Source of the DNA: an uncultured delta proteobacterium
GTDB lineage: Bacteria; Desulfobacterota; Syntrophia; Syntrophales; UBA2185
Length of the DNA stretch: 64,000 nt
NCBI GenBank assembly: GCA_963695875.1
Contig: CAVOID010000013.1
Location: forward strand, 1-64,000
Direction: 5' to 3'
Shown here piece after piece: positions 45,441 through 56,297 of this stretch; the first letter of the stretch is position 1; each line of letters begins with the position of its first letter. Both the position numbers and the translations under genes were made by a program. The notes under the pieces were generated by a model that saw only the letters and a program-made list of their open reading frames with translations, made no database searches and had not been told where the DNA came from.

Positions 45441-46922
45441 ATGGATGAAAGCGAACTTTTAAGAAAGAAAAAAGAAAAGATAGAATCCCTTAAAGCTGAA
45501 GGCATTGAACTGTATCCCAACGATGTTCGCGTTAAAGATACGGCCGCGTCTATTACAGAGCGTTTTATCAACATGGACAGCGATGCCCTTGCCGCAATAG
45601 ATGAGAGATTCATCATAGCCGGCAGGTTGATGGCCATCCGAGACTTCGGAAAAGGGTCATTTGTCATGATCCAGGACAGAACGGGCAGGCTTCAGGCTTA
45701 TATAAGAAAGAATCAGGTGGGGGAAAAGACCTATTTATTATTTAAAAGACTCGATGTGGGAGACATCGTTTTTGTTGCAGGGAAGATATTCAGAACCAGG
45801 ACAAATGAACTTACTATTGACGCTGACGAAGTGAAGCTTTTGTCCAAGGCTATAAGACCTCTGCCGGAGAAATGGCATGGTCTCACGGATATCGAGACGA
45901 GGTACCGCCAGCGACACCTTGATCTTATTGTTAACCCGAATGTTAAAGAGGTATTCTATAAACGAAGCCGCATCATTCAACTTATACGTCGCTTCATGGA
46001 GAAACGCGATTTCCTGGAAGTAGAAACGCCCATGATGCAGCCGAAGGCGGGTGGTGCCATGGCACGTCCCTTCAAGACGCATCACAATGCTCTGGGTATG
46101 GATTTTTACCTGAGGATAGCCCCTGAACTGTATCTAAAACGGTTGATTACGGGAGGGCTCGACAGGGTCTACGAAATAAACAGAAACTTCAGGAATGAAG
46201 GTATTTCCACCTTTCATAACCCCGAATTTACAATGATGGAATTCTATCAGGCCTATGCCACGTACGAGGACCTGATGGTAATGACAGAAGAGATGTTTAC
46301 CTTCATCGCTATGGAGCTTCTCGGTTCCCTCAAGTTTCAGTACCAGGGGACTGAAATCGACCTGACCCCCCCATGGCCGCGTATTTCAGTCAGGGACGCG
46401 ATTATGCAATATGGCAAGATAACCGCTGACGTGCTTGATGATGCCGCCAGGATTGTGGCCTGCGCAAGAAGTCTGGGGCTAAACATAAATGACGGCGAAC
46501 CCCGTGGGAAAGTGATGATGGCTATATTTGAAAAAGAGGTGGAGGACAAGCTCATTCAACCCACGTTTATAACTCATTATCCTGTCGAGGTTTCTCCCCT
46601 TTCGAGGAAAAATCCTGCTCATCCTGAGTTGACCGATAGATTCGAGCTCTATATTTATGGAAAAGAAATTGCTAATGCCTTTTCTGAGCTTAATGACCCC
46701 GTTGACCAGCGGGACCGGTTTGTCATGCAGCTTAAAGAAAGAGAAGCCGGGGATGATGAGGCACATGAAATGGATGAGGATTACATCCGAACTCTAGAAT
46801 ACGGGATGCCGCCCACAGCGGGAGAAGGAATCGGCATCGACAGGCTGGTCATGCTCTTTACAGACTCTGCCTCTATAAGGGATGTTATCCTTTTCCCCCT
46901 TTTGAGAACCAAGGAAGAATAG
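45441..46922 (+). CDS. lysS: Lysine-tRNA ligase (class II)
   Basis: LPEKWHGL, YLRIAPELYLKRL, FRNEG, YGMPPTAG.GIGIDRL. Confidence 0.98.
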   Translation: MDESELLRKKKEKIESLKAEGIELYPNDVRVKDTAASITERFINMDSDALAAIDERFIIAGRLMAIRDFGKGSFVMIQDRTGRLQAYIRKNQVGEKTYLLFKRLDVGDIVFVAGKIFRTRTNELTIDADEVKLLSKAIRPLPEKWHGLTDIETRYRQRHLDLIVNPNVKEVFYKRSRIIQLIRRFMEKRDFLEVETPMMQPKAGGAMARPFKTHHNALGMDFYLRIAPELYLKRLITGGLDRVYEINRNFRNEGISTFHNPEFTMMEFYQAYATYEDLMVMTEEMFTFIAMELLGSLKFQYQGTEIDLTPPWPRISVRDAIMQYGKITADVLDDAARIVACARSLGLNINDGEPRGKVMMAIFEKEVEDKLIQPTFITHYPVEVSPLSRKNPAHPELTDRFELYIYGKEIANAFSELNDPVDQRDRFVMQLKEREAGDDEAHEMDEDYIRTLEYGMPPTAGEGIGIDRLVMLFTDSASIRDVILFPLLRTKEE

Positions 46923-46931
46923 AATACACCG

Positions 46932-48209
46932 ATGTCCTTTGAACTTTTTATCAGCCTCCGATACCTCCGGGCCAAGCGAAAACAGATATTTGTCTCCATT
47001 ATCACATTTATATCCATTGCCGGGATTTTCCTGGGTGTTGCCGCACTGATTATCGTCCTTGCAGTAATGAATGGTTTTGAAACTGACCTGCGGAATAAGA
47101 TACTTGGAATAAATTCTCACATCGTTCTGATGAAGCATACGGGGGCAATGAGAGATTACCAAAAGGTCATGAATGAGATATCGGATGTCGAAGGTGTCGT
47201 CGCCTCTACACCTTTCATATACAGTCAGGCCATGATTAAAAACGGGGGTCATACCAGCGGTGTAATCCTGCGTGGAATGCTGATAGATAGCGCATTCAAA
47301 GTCATTAATCTGGGAAAGATGCAGGAGGGGGACATTAATTACCTTTCCGGGAAAGATCGAAACAGCCTACGACTCAGTAAGGATACGTCAGTGCTTCCGG
47401 GAATTGTGATAGGCAAAGAACTGGCAAAAAATATGGGGGTCTTTCTTTTCGAACCTGTCAATATAATATCTCCTATGGGGATCTCTACGCCGATGGGAAT
47501 GATCCCCAAAATGAAAAAGTTTATTGTTGTGGGCATTTTTGACTCAGGATTCTACGAGTATGATTCTACCTTGGCGTATATATCCCTTAAAGATTGTCAG
47601 GAATTCCTCAGTTTGGGAGAACAGGTAACCGGACTGGAAATCAAGGTGGACGACATTTACAAGGCAAATGTCATTGCCAAATCCATAGAGAGAAAACTTG
47701 GATTTCCCTTCTGGGCCAGACACTGGATGGAAATGAACAAGAACCTCTTCGCCGCCTTGAAACTCGAGAAGAGGGTCATGTTTATCATCCTCAGTCTCAT
47801 CGTACTGGTTGCGGCGTTCAACATAATATGCACCCTGATCATGATAGTCATGGAAAAAAACAAGGACATCGCCATCTTGAAATCCATGGGGGCAACTTCA
47901 AAAAGCATCATGAAGATTTTCATTTTTCAGGGATTGACAATTGGCGCCATCGGTACTCTTCTGGGGTGCATCGGTGGGCTTGCCGTTGCATTAAATCTTG
48001 AGAAGGTTTCCGTATTCATCGAGAATCTTTTCGGCTTTAAAATACTGCCCGGAGATGTATATTACTTGAGCCAGTTACCTTCGCAGGTCAATTACAGCGA
48101 CGTTTTGATCATTATTGTAGGAACCATGCTGATATGCTTCCTGTCAACTATTTACCCGTCCCGGAGGGCTTCCAAACTGGACCCGGCGGAGGCCCTGAGA
48201 TACGAGTGA
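46932..48209 (+). CDS. lolC: Lipoprotein-releasing ABC transporter permease LolC/E
   Basis: [40 protein letters not shown]. Confidence 0.93.
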   Translation: MSFELFISLRYLRAKRKQIFVSIITFISIAGIFLGVAALIIVLAVMNGFETDLRNKILGINSHIVLMKHTGAMRDYQKVMNEISDVEGVVASTPFIYSQAMIKNGGHTSGVILRGMLIDSAFKVINLGKMQEGDINYLSGKDRNSLRLSKDTSVLPGIVIGKELAKNMGVFLFEPVNIISPMGISTPMGMIPKMKKFIVVGIFDSGFYEYDSTLAYISLKDCQEFLSLGEQVTGLEIKVDDIYKANVIAKSIERKLGFPFWARHWMEMNKNLFAALKLEKRVMFIILSLIVLVAAFNIICTLIMIVMEKNKDIAILKSMGATSKSIMKIFIFQGLTIGAIGTLLGCIGGLAVALNLEKVSVFIENLFGFKILPGDVYYLSQLPSQVNYSDVLIIIVGTMLICFLSTIYPSRRASKLDPAEALRYE

Positions 48210-48880
48210 AGATACAGGTAAATAATTTAAACAAGACTTTCGTCAAGGATGGCAACAAGATCGAAGTTTTGAAGGACTTGGACATCACTATTGGCCGGGG
48301 ACAATCATTGGCTATTCTCGGTGTTTCCGGAGCAGGGAAAAGTACCTTAATCCATATCCTAGGAACACTGGATCACCCGACATCGGGTGTTGTTCTATTT
48401 GACGATATTAATGTCTTTGAGTGGGATAAGAACAAACTGTCAGAGTTCAGAAACAAGACAATTGGTTTTGTTTTCCAGTTCCATAATCTGTTGCCGGAGT
48501 TTACCGGTCTGGAAAATACAATGATGCCGGCACTGATTCATGGCTTGTCTTACCGTAAAGCAAAGGCTCGGGCGGAAGCCATACTGCATGAAGTGGGACT
48601 CGGAGACAGGCTGACCCATAAACCAGGAGAGCTTTCCGGAGGGGAACAACAACGGGTCGCCGTCGCACGGGCACTTATAATGGAACCTGAAATTATTCTG
48701 GCGGATGAGCCTACTGGAAACCTTGATAGTGAAACAGGAAGGAAGATAGAAGACATCCTTGTAGAGCTTAATAGAATCAAACAAATTACCCTTGTTGTCG
48801 TGACCCACAATAGATCACTTGCCGACAGGATGTCCCAGAAAATAGGCCTCAGAGATGGAAAAATTCATAACTATGAATGA
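48206..48880 (+). CDS. lolD: Lipoprotein-releasing ABC transporter ATPase
   Basis: GTG start overlapping the lolC stop; [26 protein letters not shown]. Confidence 0.93.
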   Translation: MKIQVNNLNKTFVKDGNKIEVLKDLDITIGRGQSLAILGVSGAGKSTLIHILGTLDHPTSGVVLFDDINVFEWDKNKLSEFRNKTIGFVFQFHNLLPEFTGLENTMMPALIHGLSYRKAKARAEAILHEVGLGDRLTHKPGELSGGEQQRVAVARALIMEPEIILADEPTGNLDSETGRKIEDILVELNRIKQITLVVVTHNRSLADRMSQKIGLRDGKIHNYE

Positions 48881-49063
48881 CGACTCTGTAAAAAGTCCAT
48901 ATGCTGTGTTGCGCTACAACCCTCCCCGGATCAAGTCCAGGGCAGGCTTATGCAGCGTACACCTGTGTACGCATCATTCCTCGGGATTTGCGCGCCTTGA
49001 AACTTTCGCTTTTTGCAGAGCCATCCATTGTCAACCAAGTTCGCGACTTCTTATGGGATCATC
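48878..49063. mobile_element. Miniature inverted-repeat element between lolD and bamA
   Basis: GACGACTCTGTAAAAAG (48879-48895) vs CTTTTTGCAGAGCCATC (49009-49025), 14/17 complementary; second decayed right end GACTTCTTATGGGATCATC near 49045-49063. Confidence 0.65.
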
Positions 49064-51720
49064 ATGAGCAAAAAATATTTTCTCATAAAAGCCTCCATTC
49101 TGCTGATTTTATTCCTGTTAATAAATCATCAGAATGTTTTTGCGGAAGATGTGAAAAAAATCGTTCTCCTTCCCTTCGAAATATACAGTAAAGCAAATGT
49201 ATCCGAACTGCGTGAAGCCATTTATAAAGGACTTTCTGCGGAACTGGTCAAATCAAAAAACATTCAGCTTACCGAAAGAGGTACATTTGCCAAATCCATC
49301 GAGGGCAAAAAGATCGATGAAAAACTTGCCCTCAATGTGGGTAAAGAGCTGGGCGTCGATTATGTTATCATGGGGAGTCTCTCCGCATTCGGAGAGCAAA
49401 TCAGCGTCGATGCAAGAGTCATTGATGTAAAGGAAGGGAGAGCACTGCCGGCCGTATTTGCTCAGGGCAAAGGCATAAAAAGTATTGGCTCTTTATCCGC
49501 CCAAATAAGGACAAATATAATAATCAAAATAGCAGCGGATATGAGGATAGCAAAAATTGAATTTAAGGGTAACCGGAAAATTGAGATCAATGCTATCAGT
49601 CAGGTCCTGAAAACCGCCAGGGGAAACCTGTTCTCAGAGACAGACCTTTCCGCCGATATAAAAGCTATTTACAAGATGGGATATTTCGATGACGTAGCTG
49701 CTGATGTCACAACTACACCGGAAGGGAAAATCATTACTTTTATTGTCAAGGAAAAAGCACTCATCTCAGAGATAAGAATAAAAGGGTACAAAGGCATTGA
49801 TAAAGGAGAGATTGAAAATGCACTGACATTCAAGGTCCGTCAGGTTCTTAACCCGGAGAAAATTGCCGCGAGCATGGAAAAGATTAAGGTCCTTTATGAC
49901 AGCAAGGGATACTACAATGCGGAGATTAAATATGACGTCAACAAAGAAGGTGAAAAAGACGTAATTATTACCTTCAATATCACGGAAAACGAGAGGCTGT
50001 ATGTCAAAACCATCTCTTTTGAGGGAACCCGGGCATTTACGGATAAAGAGTTGAAAAACACAATGACCATTACGGAAAAGGGATTTTTCTATATTTTCAC
50101 CGACTCAGGTATTCTAAAAAAAGACCAATTGAAAGAGGATACCAATAAGTTGGCTGCATTTTACCTCAATCACGGTTATATCAATGTCCAGGTCGGCGAA
50201 CCTGTAATCACCCATGACACGAAGGGGATTTACATAAAGATACCGATTGTGGAAGGTAAACAATTTAAAGTGGGCAAGGTAGATATTACTGGCGATACGT
50301 TAACAGTGCCTCGGACTGAACTCCTGACTAAATTAAAAATCAACAAGGCAGAATTTTATAACAGGGAATCGGTCATAAAAGATATGGAGTATCTTAGCCA
50401 GGTCTGCAATGATGACGGTTATGCCAATGCCGATGTTGCTCCACGTACTGTTCCCCAGGAAAAAGAGCAATCTGTAGATGTTACTTATAATATTAAAAAA
50501 GGCAGTCAGGTCTACTTCAACAGAATAACCTTCACGGGCAACACGAAAACGCGAGATAAAGTGCTTAGAAGGCAGTTATCCATTAACGAAGGGGATCTAT
50601 ACAGCAGCAGCAAACTTAAGCAAAGTTATATGGATCTCAATCGGTTGAGATACTTTGAAGAAATCAACTTTCAGACAGAAAAGGGGCCTGATGAAACCCT
50701 CACTGATGTCAATATCAGCGTTAAGGAAAAACCGACAGGCATGTTTAGTATCGGTGCGGGGTACAGTGCCTTGGACCACGCCATTGGCACTGCACAGATT
50801 ACCCAGCAAAACCTCTTTGGCAGGGGGCAGACCTTGAGCCTTAGGGCAAGCTTGGGATCTATATCATCGTTGTATGAACTCTCATTTATAGAACCATGGC
50901 TGTTTGATATTCCTTTATGGAGCAAATTCGACCTCTGGAATTCATATCGACAGTATGACAGTTATAATTTATATTCAACGGGCGGTGGAATGACATACGG
51001 TTATCCTCTTTCTTTCCTCGGAAAGTATATAGTTGGTTATATAGGATACAAGCTTGTTTCAAACGACGTCAGAGACATCCTGGACACGGCATCCAATGTA
51101 ATAAAGCAACAAGCGGGGCAAACTACAACAAGCGAGGTGTCTGTCAGCCTTGTAAGGGACTCGACCGATGATTATATGTTTCCCACGAAGGGCTCTAAAA
51201 ACTCTGTTGGTGTTGATTTCGTAGGCGGACCCCTGCAGGGCGACACAGAATTTATCAGATACGGCGTAAAATCTTCATGGTTCTTTCCCCTGCCCCTGGA
51301 TACGGTATTTGGCGTGCGCGGGCAAGGCGGATACATACAGGGTAGCAGTGAGGACAATAAGGTCCCTATTTATGAGCGTTACTATCTGGGAGGGATAACT
51401 ACTCTTCGCGGACTCCGGGATATAGGGCCGAAAGATCCGGTCACAAATGACCCTCTCGGTGGTTTTACAATGCTATGTTTCAATGCTGAATTTATATTCC
51501 CTCTAATTAAAAATGCCGGTATGAAAGGGGTCATCTTTTACGATACAGGTAATGCATGGGACAGCGGTTATCATTTGATGACTTGAGGCAAACCGCAGGC
51601 GTAGGCATCCGGTGGTACTCACCCATCGGTCCGCTGCGTCTTGAATGGGGATATGTCCTGGACAGAAAGGCTGATGAATCTGCCAGCAGATTTGAATTTA
51701 CAATTGGCATGTTTATGTAG
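49064..51720 (+). CDS. bamA: Outer-membrane protein assembly factor BamA with an extra N-terminal domain; frameshift near 51580
   Basis: POTRA repeats, [22 protein letters not shown] motif; the +1 frame continues [19 protein letters not shown]...FEFTIGMFM*. Confidence 0.95.
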
Positions 51721-51755
51721 ACATGCCATGTCACCTTAATAAGGAGGAAAATTTT

Positions 51756-52292
51756 ATGAAACAAAATGGCCTGGTGATTTTGACATTAATGATGATTCTT
51801 GCGGTTTTCTTGTACGGCTCTTATGCGAGTGCCGCGGAAAAGACAGGCTTCATCGACATGAGACGAATCATGCTCAATTCAGATGCGGGGAAAAAGGCTA
51901 CCGCAGAATTATCGAAGCTCTATGAAAAAGACAAAGGCCAGATACAGACAAAGGAAGCAGAGCTGAAGAAGCTGAAAGATGACCTTGACAAACAGAGAGC
52001 GGTGCTTACCGAATCCGCCATGAAAGAAAAGGAGGCGGCCTACCAGAAGAAATTCAGGGACTACCAGCTGCTGGTCAAGGATGCCAATGAAGAAATGCAG
52101 GCAAGAGATCAGGAACTTTCTAAAAAGATGGTCCCTGAGATTATCAAGGTATTGACAGCCATCGGTGATAAAGAGAAGTACACTATGATCGTTGATCTGA
52201 GCAGCTTTCCGATACCTTACCATGCAAAAGAAAACGAACTGACAGATCGTGTAATTCAAGAACTCAATAAAACGTATAAACCAAAGAAGTAA
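51756..52292 (+). CDS. skp: Skp/OmpH periplasmic chaperone
   Basis: Signal peptide, coiled coil, position after bamA, GGAGG RBS. Confidence 0.9.
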   Translation: MKQNGLVILTLMMILAVFLYGSYASAAEKTGFIDMRRIMLNSDAGKKATAELSKLYEKDKGQIQTKEAELKKLKDDLDKQRAVLTESAMKEKEAAYQKKFRDYQLLVKDANEEMQARDQELSKKMVPEIIKVLTAIGDKEKYTMIVDLSSFPIPYHAKENELTDRVIQELNKTYKPKK

Positions 52293-52308
52293 AAATCAGG
52301 ATAACGCT

Positions 52309-53349
52309 TTGAAGAAGACATTGAGTGAAATTGCATCTTTCTTAAATGGTGAGATTATCGGAGATCCTCAGGTAGTAATTGAAAATATCCGGGGAATCGA
52401 TGAGGCCGGAGTGGGTGATCTGACCTTCATTGCAAACCCAAAATACCTGAAGATGCTTGAGACAACAAATGCCTCCGCTGTTCTGGTCTCACCCGGGACG
52501 GAGAAGGCCGATAAAAATCTGATTATTGTTGACGACCCATATATTGCCCTCGGCAAGGTCCTCGCATTTTTTTATCCCGAAGATCATGACCCCCCCATGA
52601 TAAGCAAAGAAACCTTCATCGAGGAAGGCGCCATTATCTCTGAAGATGCCACGATCCATCCAGGCGTCTATGTCGGTCGGGGAGCAAAAATCGAACGTGG
52701 GGTTATCCTTTACACAGGTGTCTGCATTGGTCGTCATGTCCGCATTGGTGAAGATTCCATTCTGTATCCCAATGTTGTTGTGTACAGAAGATGTATCGTC
52801 GGAAGGAGGGTCATTCTCCATGCAGGTGTTGTTGTTGGAAGTGATGGATTTGGCTTTGCCAGGCCTGGACAGGAAAATATAAAAATCCCCCAGGTGGGTA
52901 TAGTTCAAATAGACGATGATGTTGAAGTGGGAGCCAACACTACCATCGATCGGGGTACCATTGATAAGACCTGGATACAAAAGGGAGTAAAAATCGACAA
53001 TCTGGTTCAAATTGCCCACAATGTAGTAATTGGAGAAAATTCCGTAATTGTATCACAGGTCGGCATTTCGGGAAGTACAAAACTGGGTAAGAGTGTCATC
53101 CTGGGGGGTCAGGCCGGCCTGGTCGGCCATATTAATATAGGGGATTATGTTATGGTTGGTGCCCAGTCAGGTGTTCATGAAGATGTCCCCTCCAATCAGA
53201 TCGTATCAGGCTCTCCTCATATGCCTCACAGGCAGTGGTTGCGAGTCGAGGCATGCGTTTCACATCTCCCGGAGATGCGAAAAACTGTCGCCGCACTTTT
53301 AAAGCGAGTGGAAGAACTGGAAACAAAGATAAGAGGGATCAAACAATGA
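52309..53349 (+). CDS. lpxD: UDP-3-O-acylglucosamine N-acyltransferase
   Basis: Hexapeptide repeats, [18 protein letters not shown]. Confidence 0.96.
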   Translation: MKKTLSEIASFLNGEIIGDPQVVIENIRGIDEAGVGDLTFIANPKYLKMLETTNASAVLVSPGTEKADKNLIIVDDPYIALGKVLAFFYPEDHDPPMISKETFIEEGAIISEDATIHPGVYVGRGAKIERGVILYTGVCIGRHVRIGEDSILYPNVVVYRRCIVGRRVILHAGVVVGSDGFGFARPGQENIKIPQVGIVQIDDDVEVGANTTIDRGTIDKTWIQKGVKIDNLVQIAHNVVIGENSVIVSQVGISGSTKLGKSVILGGQAGLVGHINIGDYVMVGAQSGVHEDVPSNQIVSGSPHMPHRQWLRVEACVSHLPEMRKTVAALLKRVEELETKIRGIKQ

Positions 53350-54122
53350 ATATTCATCCAACAGCTATCATATCGCCTGAGGCCAATATCTCGGAAGGGG
53401 CAGAAATAGGCCCCTACACTATAATAGGTCGGGACGTAAATATCGGCAAAAGCACGGTTATTGGACCACATGTAGTCATTGACTCCCATACGGATATCGG
53501 CGAGCGTTGCCGCATATTTCAATTTACCTCAATCGGTGCCATTCCTCAAGATCTGAAATTTAAAGGAGAAGAAAAGCGGGTCATCATTGGAAACAATAAT
53601 ACAATTAGAGAATTTGTTACCATAAACAGGGGTACCGCTTCCGATATAGGTATGACCATCATCGGAAATAATAACCTCATCATGGCCTACTGCCATATTG
53701 CCCACAATTGTAAGCTGGGAAATAATATTATCATGGTTAATGCGGCCAATCTGGCAGGCCATATCCATGTCGATGATTACGCTATTATCGGGGGCTTGAC
53801 TGGCGTTCATCAGTTCACCCGCATAGGCTCCCATTGTATCATCGGCGGCATGTCTGCGGTGGACAAGGATATTCCTCCGTTTGTTACTGCCGCCGGCAAC
53901 AGAGCAAGACTGTACGGCCTCAATGTAATAGGTCTGAAACGCAGGGGTTTTAAAGAAGAAACCATCAAGGCCCTGAAAAAAGCTTACAGGATTGTATTTC
54001 GATCATCTCTCCTTCTTTCCGTAGCAATCGAAAAAGTCAAAAACGAGGTTGAAGATATTCCGGAAGTAAGACAGTTTGTTGAATTTATCGAGAGTAGGTC
54101 AGCGAGGGGAATCTGCAGGTAA
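53346..54122 (+). CDS. lpxA: Acyl-ACP:UDP-GlcNAc(3N) acyltransferase
   Basis: Start MNIHPTA at 53346; [34 protein letters not shown]. Confidence 0.96.
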   Translation: MNIHPTAIISPEANISEGAEIGPYTIIGRDVNIGKSTVIGPHVVIDSHTDIGERCRIFQFTSIGAIPQDLKFKGEEKRVIIGNNNTIREFVTINRGTASDIGMTIIGNNNLIMAYCHIAHNCKLGNNIIMVNAANLAGHIHVDDYAIIGGLTGVHQFTRIGSHCIIGGMSAVDKDIPPFVTAAGNRARLYGLNVIGLKRRGFKEETIKALKKAYRIVFRSSLLLSVAIEKVKNEVEDIPEVRQFVEFIESRSARGICR

Positions 54123-54124
54123 TT

Positions 54125-54250
54125 TAAGCACTAAATCCGAATATCGAAATACTAAACAAATTCAAAAATTCAAATATCAAAATACAAACTGTTTTGCGCA
54201 TTTGGATTTTGATATTGTTTAGGATGCAGGATTTAGAATTTAGGATTTAA
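54125..54250. repeat. AT-rich imperfect long palindrome built from ~7-nt units
   Basis: CTAAACAA/TTGTTTAG and AATATCAAAAT/ATTTTGATATT arms; AAATCCG/AAATACT-like units on the left, AGGATTT/AGAATTT units on the right. Confidence 0.7.
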
Positions 54251-54258
54251 TCAACGAT

Positions 54259-55206
54259 ATGAAGAAAATCAAAGTCGGTGTTGTGGGTATCGGTCACTTG
54301 GGTAACTACCACCTGCAAAAATACAGTAAATTATCCGACTGTAAAATTGTCGGTGTCGTGGACATCATAGATGAGCGTACCCGGAAGGCAGCGGAAACAT
54401 ACAACTGCATGGCTCTGTCCGATCACCGTAAGCTGATAGGATTGGTTGATGCCGTTAGCATTGCTGTTCCAACAGTATCTCATCACAGGATTGCGAAAGA
54501 TTTTTTGGAAGCAGGAGTTGATGTCCTGCTGGAAAAACCGATTGCCGCCACCATCGAAGAGGCTGACGAACTTGTGGCCATTGCTGAAGCAAAAGGATTG
54601 ATATTTCAAATAGGATTTCTGGAACGATTTAATCCGGCAATTGTTGCACTGAAGTCGGTCATGGGTAAGCCTCTCTTTATTGAAACCCATCGCCTTCATC
54701 CCTTTTTCGAACGTGGTACAGATGTTGATGTTATACTTGATCTGATGATCCATGATCTCGACATTATTTTGCACTTTGTCAAATCACCCGTGCAGACGGT
54801 AGAAGCAGTCGGCATATCGGTACTGTCGGACAAGGTGGATATAGCCAATGCCAGGCTCACCTTCTGTTCCGGTTGTGTGGCCAACATCACCGCCAGCAGA
54901 ATAACAGGGAAGACCATGCAGAAAATTCGATTCTTCGGTCTGGAGGGGTATCACGCAGTTGATTATGAAAAGCGAGAGCTGGTCTCTTTGAGCAGGAGAA
55001 ACGGAGCCGAAGGAAAGATTGAAATTAGCGGAAACCCCATAGAAGTCAAGAAATTTGACCCATTGGAAGAAGAGATCCGCTCATTTCTTGATGCAGTGAT
55101 CAGCAGGAATCCGCCTCCTGTATCCGGAAAGGACGGAAGAGACGCCTTGGAATTGGCTCTCCTTATCGCTGAAAAGGCGAAAAAGTCGCGGGAGATACTG
55201 CCATGA
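54259..55206 (+). CDS. gnnA: Gfo/Idh/MocA oxidoreductase, probable UDP-GlcNAc 3-dehydrogenase GnnA
   Basis: GVVGIGHLG, LEKP, ERFNP, DLMIHDLD; lies between lpxA and lpxB. Confidence 0.8.
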   Translation: MKKIKVGVVGIGHLGNYHLQKYSKLSDCKIVGVVDIIDERTRKAAETYNCMALSDHRKLIGLVDAVSIAVPTVSHHRIAKDFLEAGVDVLLEKPIAATIEEADELVAIAEAKGLIFQIGFLERFNPAIVALKSVMGKPLFIETHRLHPFFERGTDVDVILDLMIHDLDIILHFVKSPVQTVEAVGISVLSDKVDIANARLTFCSGCVANITASRITGKTMQKIRFFGLEGYHAVDYEKRELVSLSRRNGAEGKIEISGNPIEVKKFDPLEEEIRSFLDAVISRNPPPVSGKDGRDALELALLIAEKAKKSREILP

Positions 55207-56297
55207 TACCCATGGTCGACCTGCAAAGACAGTATAAAACCCTCAAAGCCGATATCGATACCGCCATACAGGGTGTACTTGACGGGGCACAATTTATTCT
55301 GGGACCGAATGTAGCGGAACTGGAAAAAGAAATTGCCGCGTATCACGGTGTCCCTCATGCTATCGGCATTGCCAGCGGTACCGACGCCCTGCTGCTGTCG
55401 CTCCGGGCCTGCGGCATCGGCGCGGGAGATGAGGTTATTACCACTCCCTTTACCTTCATTGCCACTGCGGAAGTTATATCACTTCTCTCTGCTACACCAG
55501 TCTTTGTAGACATTCGGCCGGAAACATTCAATATCGACCCTGATAAAATAGAAGAGAAGATCACGGAAAAAACCAAAGCAGTCATCCCTGTCCATCTCTT
55601 TGGCCATCCTGCGGATATGGATCCTATAGTCAGGATTGCGCGGAAATATAACATTAAAATCATAGAAGATTGCGCCCAGGCCTTTGGCGCGACGTACACC
55701 GGGAAAAAGGTGGGTACCATAGGAGACTGCGGTTGCTTCAGTTTCTTCCCGAGTAAAAACCTGGCCGGCTACGGTGACGGAGGGATTATCATCACCCGGA
55801 ATGAGGATCTGGCAAAGCTGATCAGGCTCCTCCGTAATCACGGCAGTGCAGTTAAATACCATCACTCGATTTTAGGTTACAACAGCCGTCTTGATGAAAT
55901 CCAGGCTGCCATCGTCCGCGTCAAAATGAAAAAGATCGAAGAATTCAATGACAGGCGCAGGATTAATGCTGACCTGTACAGGACTTTCATCAAAAGGGAC
56001 GATATCTCATTCCCCGTTGAGATGCCTGATTGTAAACACATATATCACCAATTCACCATCCGCTCAAAAAACAGGGACAGCATTATGGATACCCTTAAAA
56101 ATAATAATATCTCCTCCGCGATCTATTACCCTGTGCCTCTCCATAAGCAGGAGGTGTTTGTCCTACAGAACATCAGCGGCAATAACCTGATAAACAGTGA
56201 GACATGTGCCGGAGAGGTTCTTTCCCTTCCCATGTTCCCGGAGCTGGAAAAAGAGGAAATCCAATATATCAGTAATGTGATCAATCATGCACCCTGA
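55203..56297 (+). CDS. gnnB: DegT/DnrJ aminotransferase, probable GnnB
   Basis: EDCAQA, SFFPSKNL..GDGG, NSRLDEIQAA; coupled to gnnA and lpxB. Confidence 0.8.
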   Translation: MIPMVDLQRQYKTLKADIDTAIQGVLDGAQFILGPNVAELEKEIAAYHGVPHAIGIASGTDALLLSLRACGIGAGDEVITTPFTFIATAEVISLLSATPVFVDIRPETFNIDPDKIEEKITEKTKAVIPVHLFGHPADMDPIVRIARKYNIKIIEDCAQAFGATYTGKKVGTIGDCGCFSFFPSKNLAGYGDGGIIITRNEDLAKLIRLLRNHGSAVKYHHSILGYNSRLDEIQAAIVRVKMKKIEEFNDRRRINADLYRTFIKRDDISFPVEMPDCKHIYHQFTIRSKNRDSIMDTLKNNNISSAIYYPVPLHKQEVFVLQNISGNNLINSETCAGEVLSLPMFPELEKEEIQYISNVINHAP

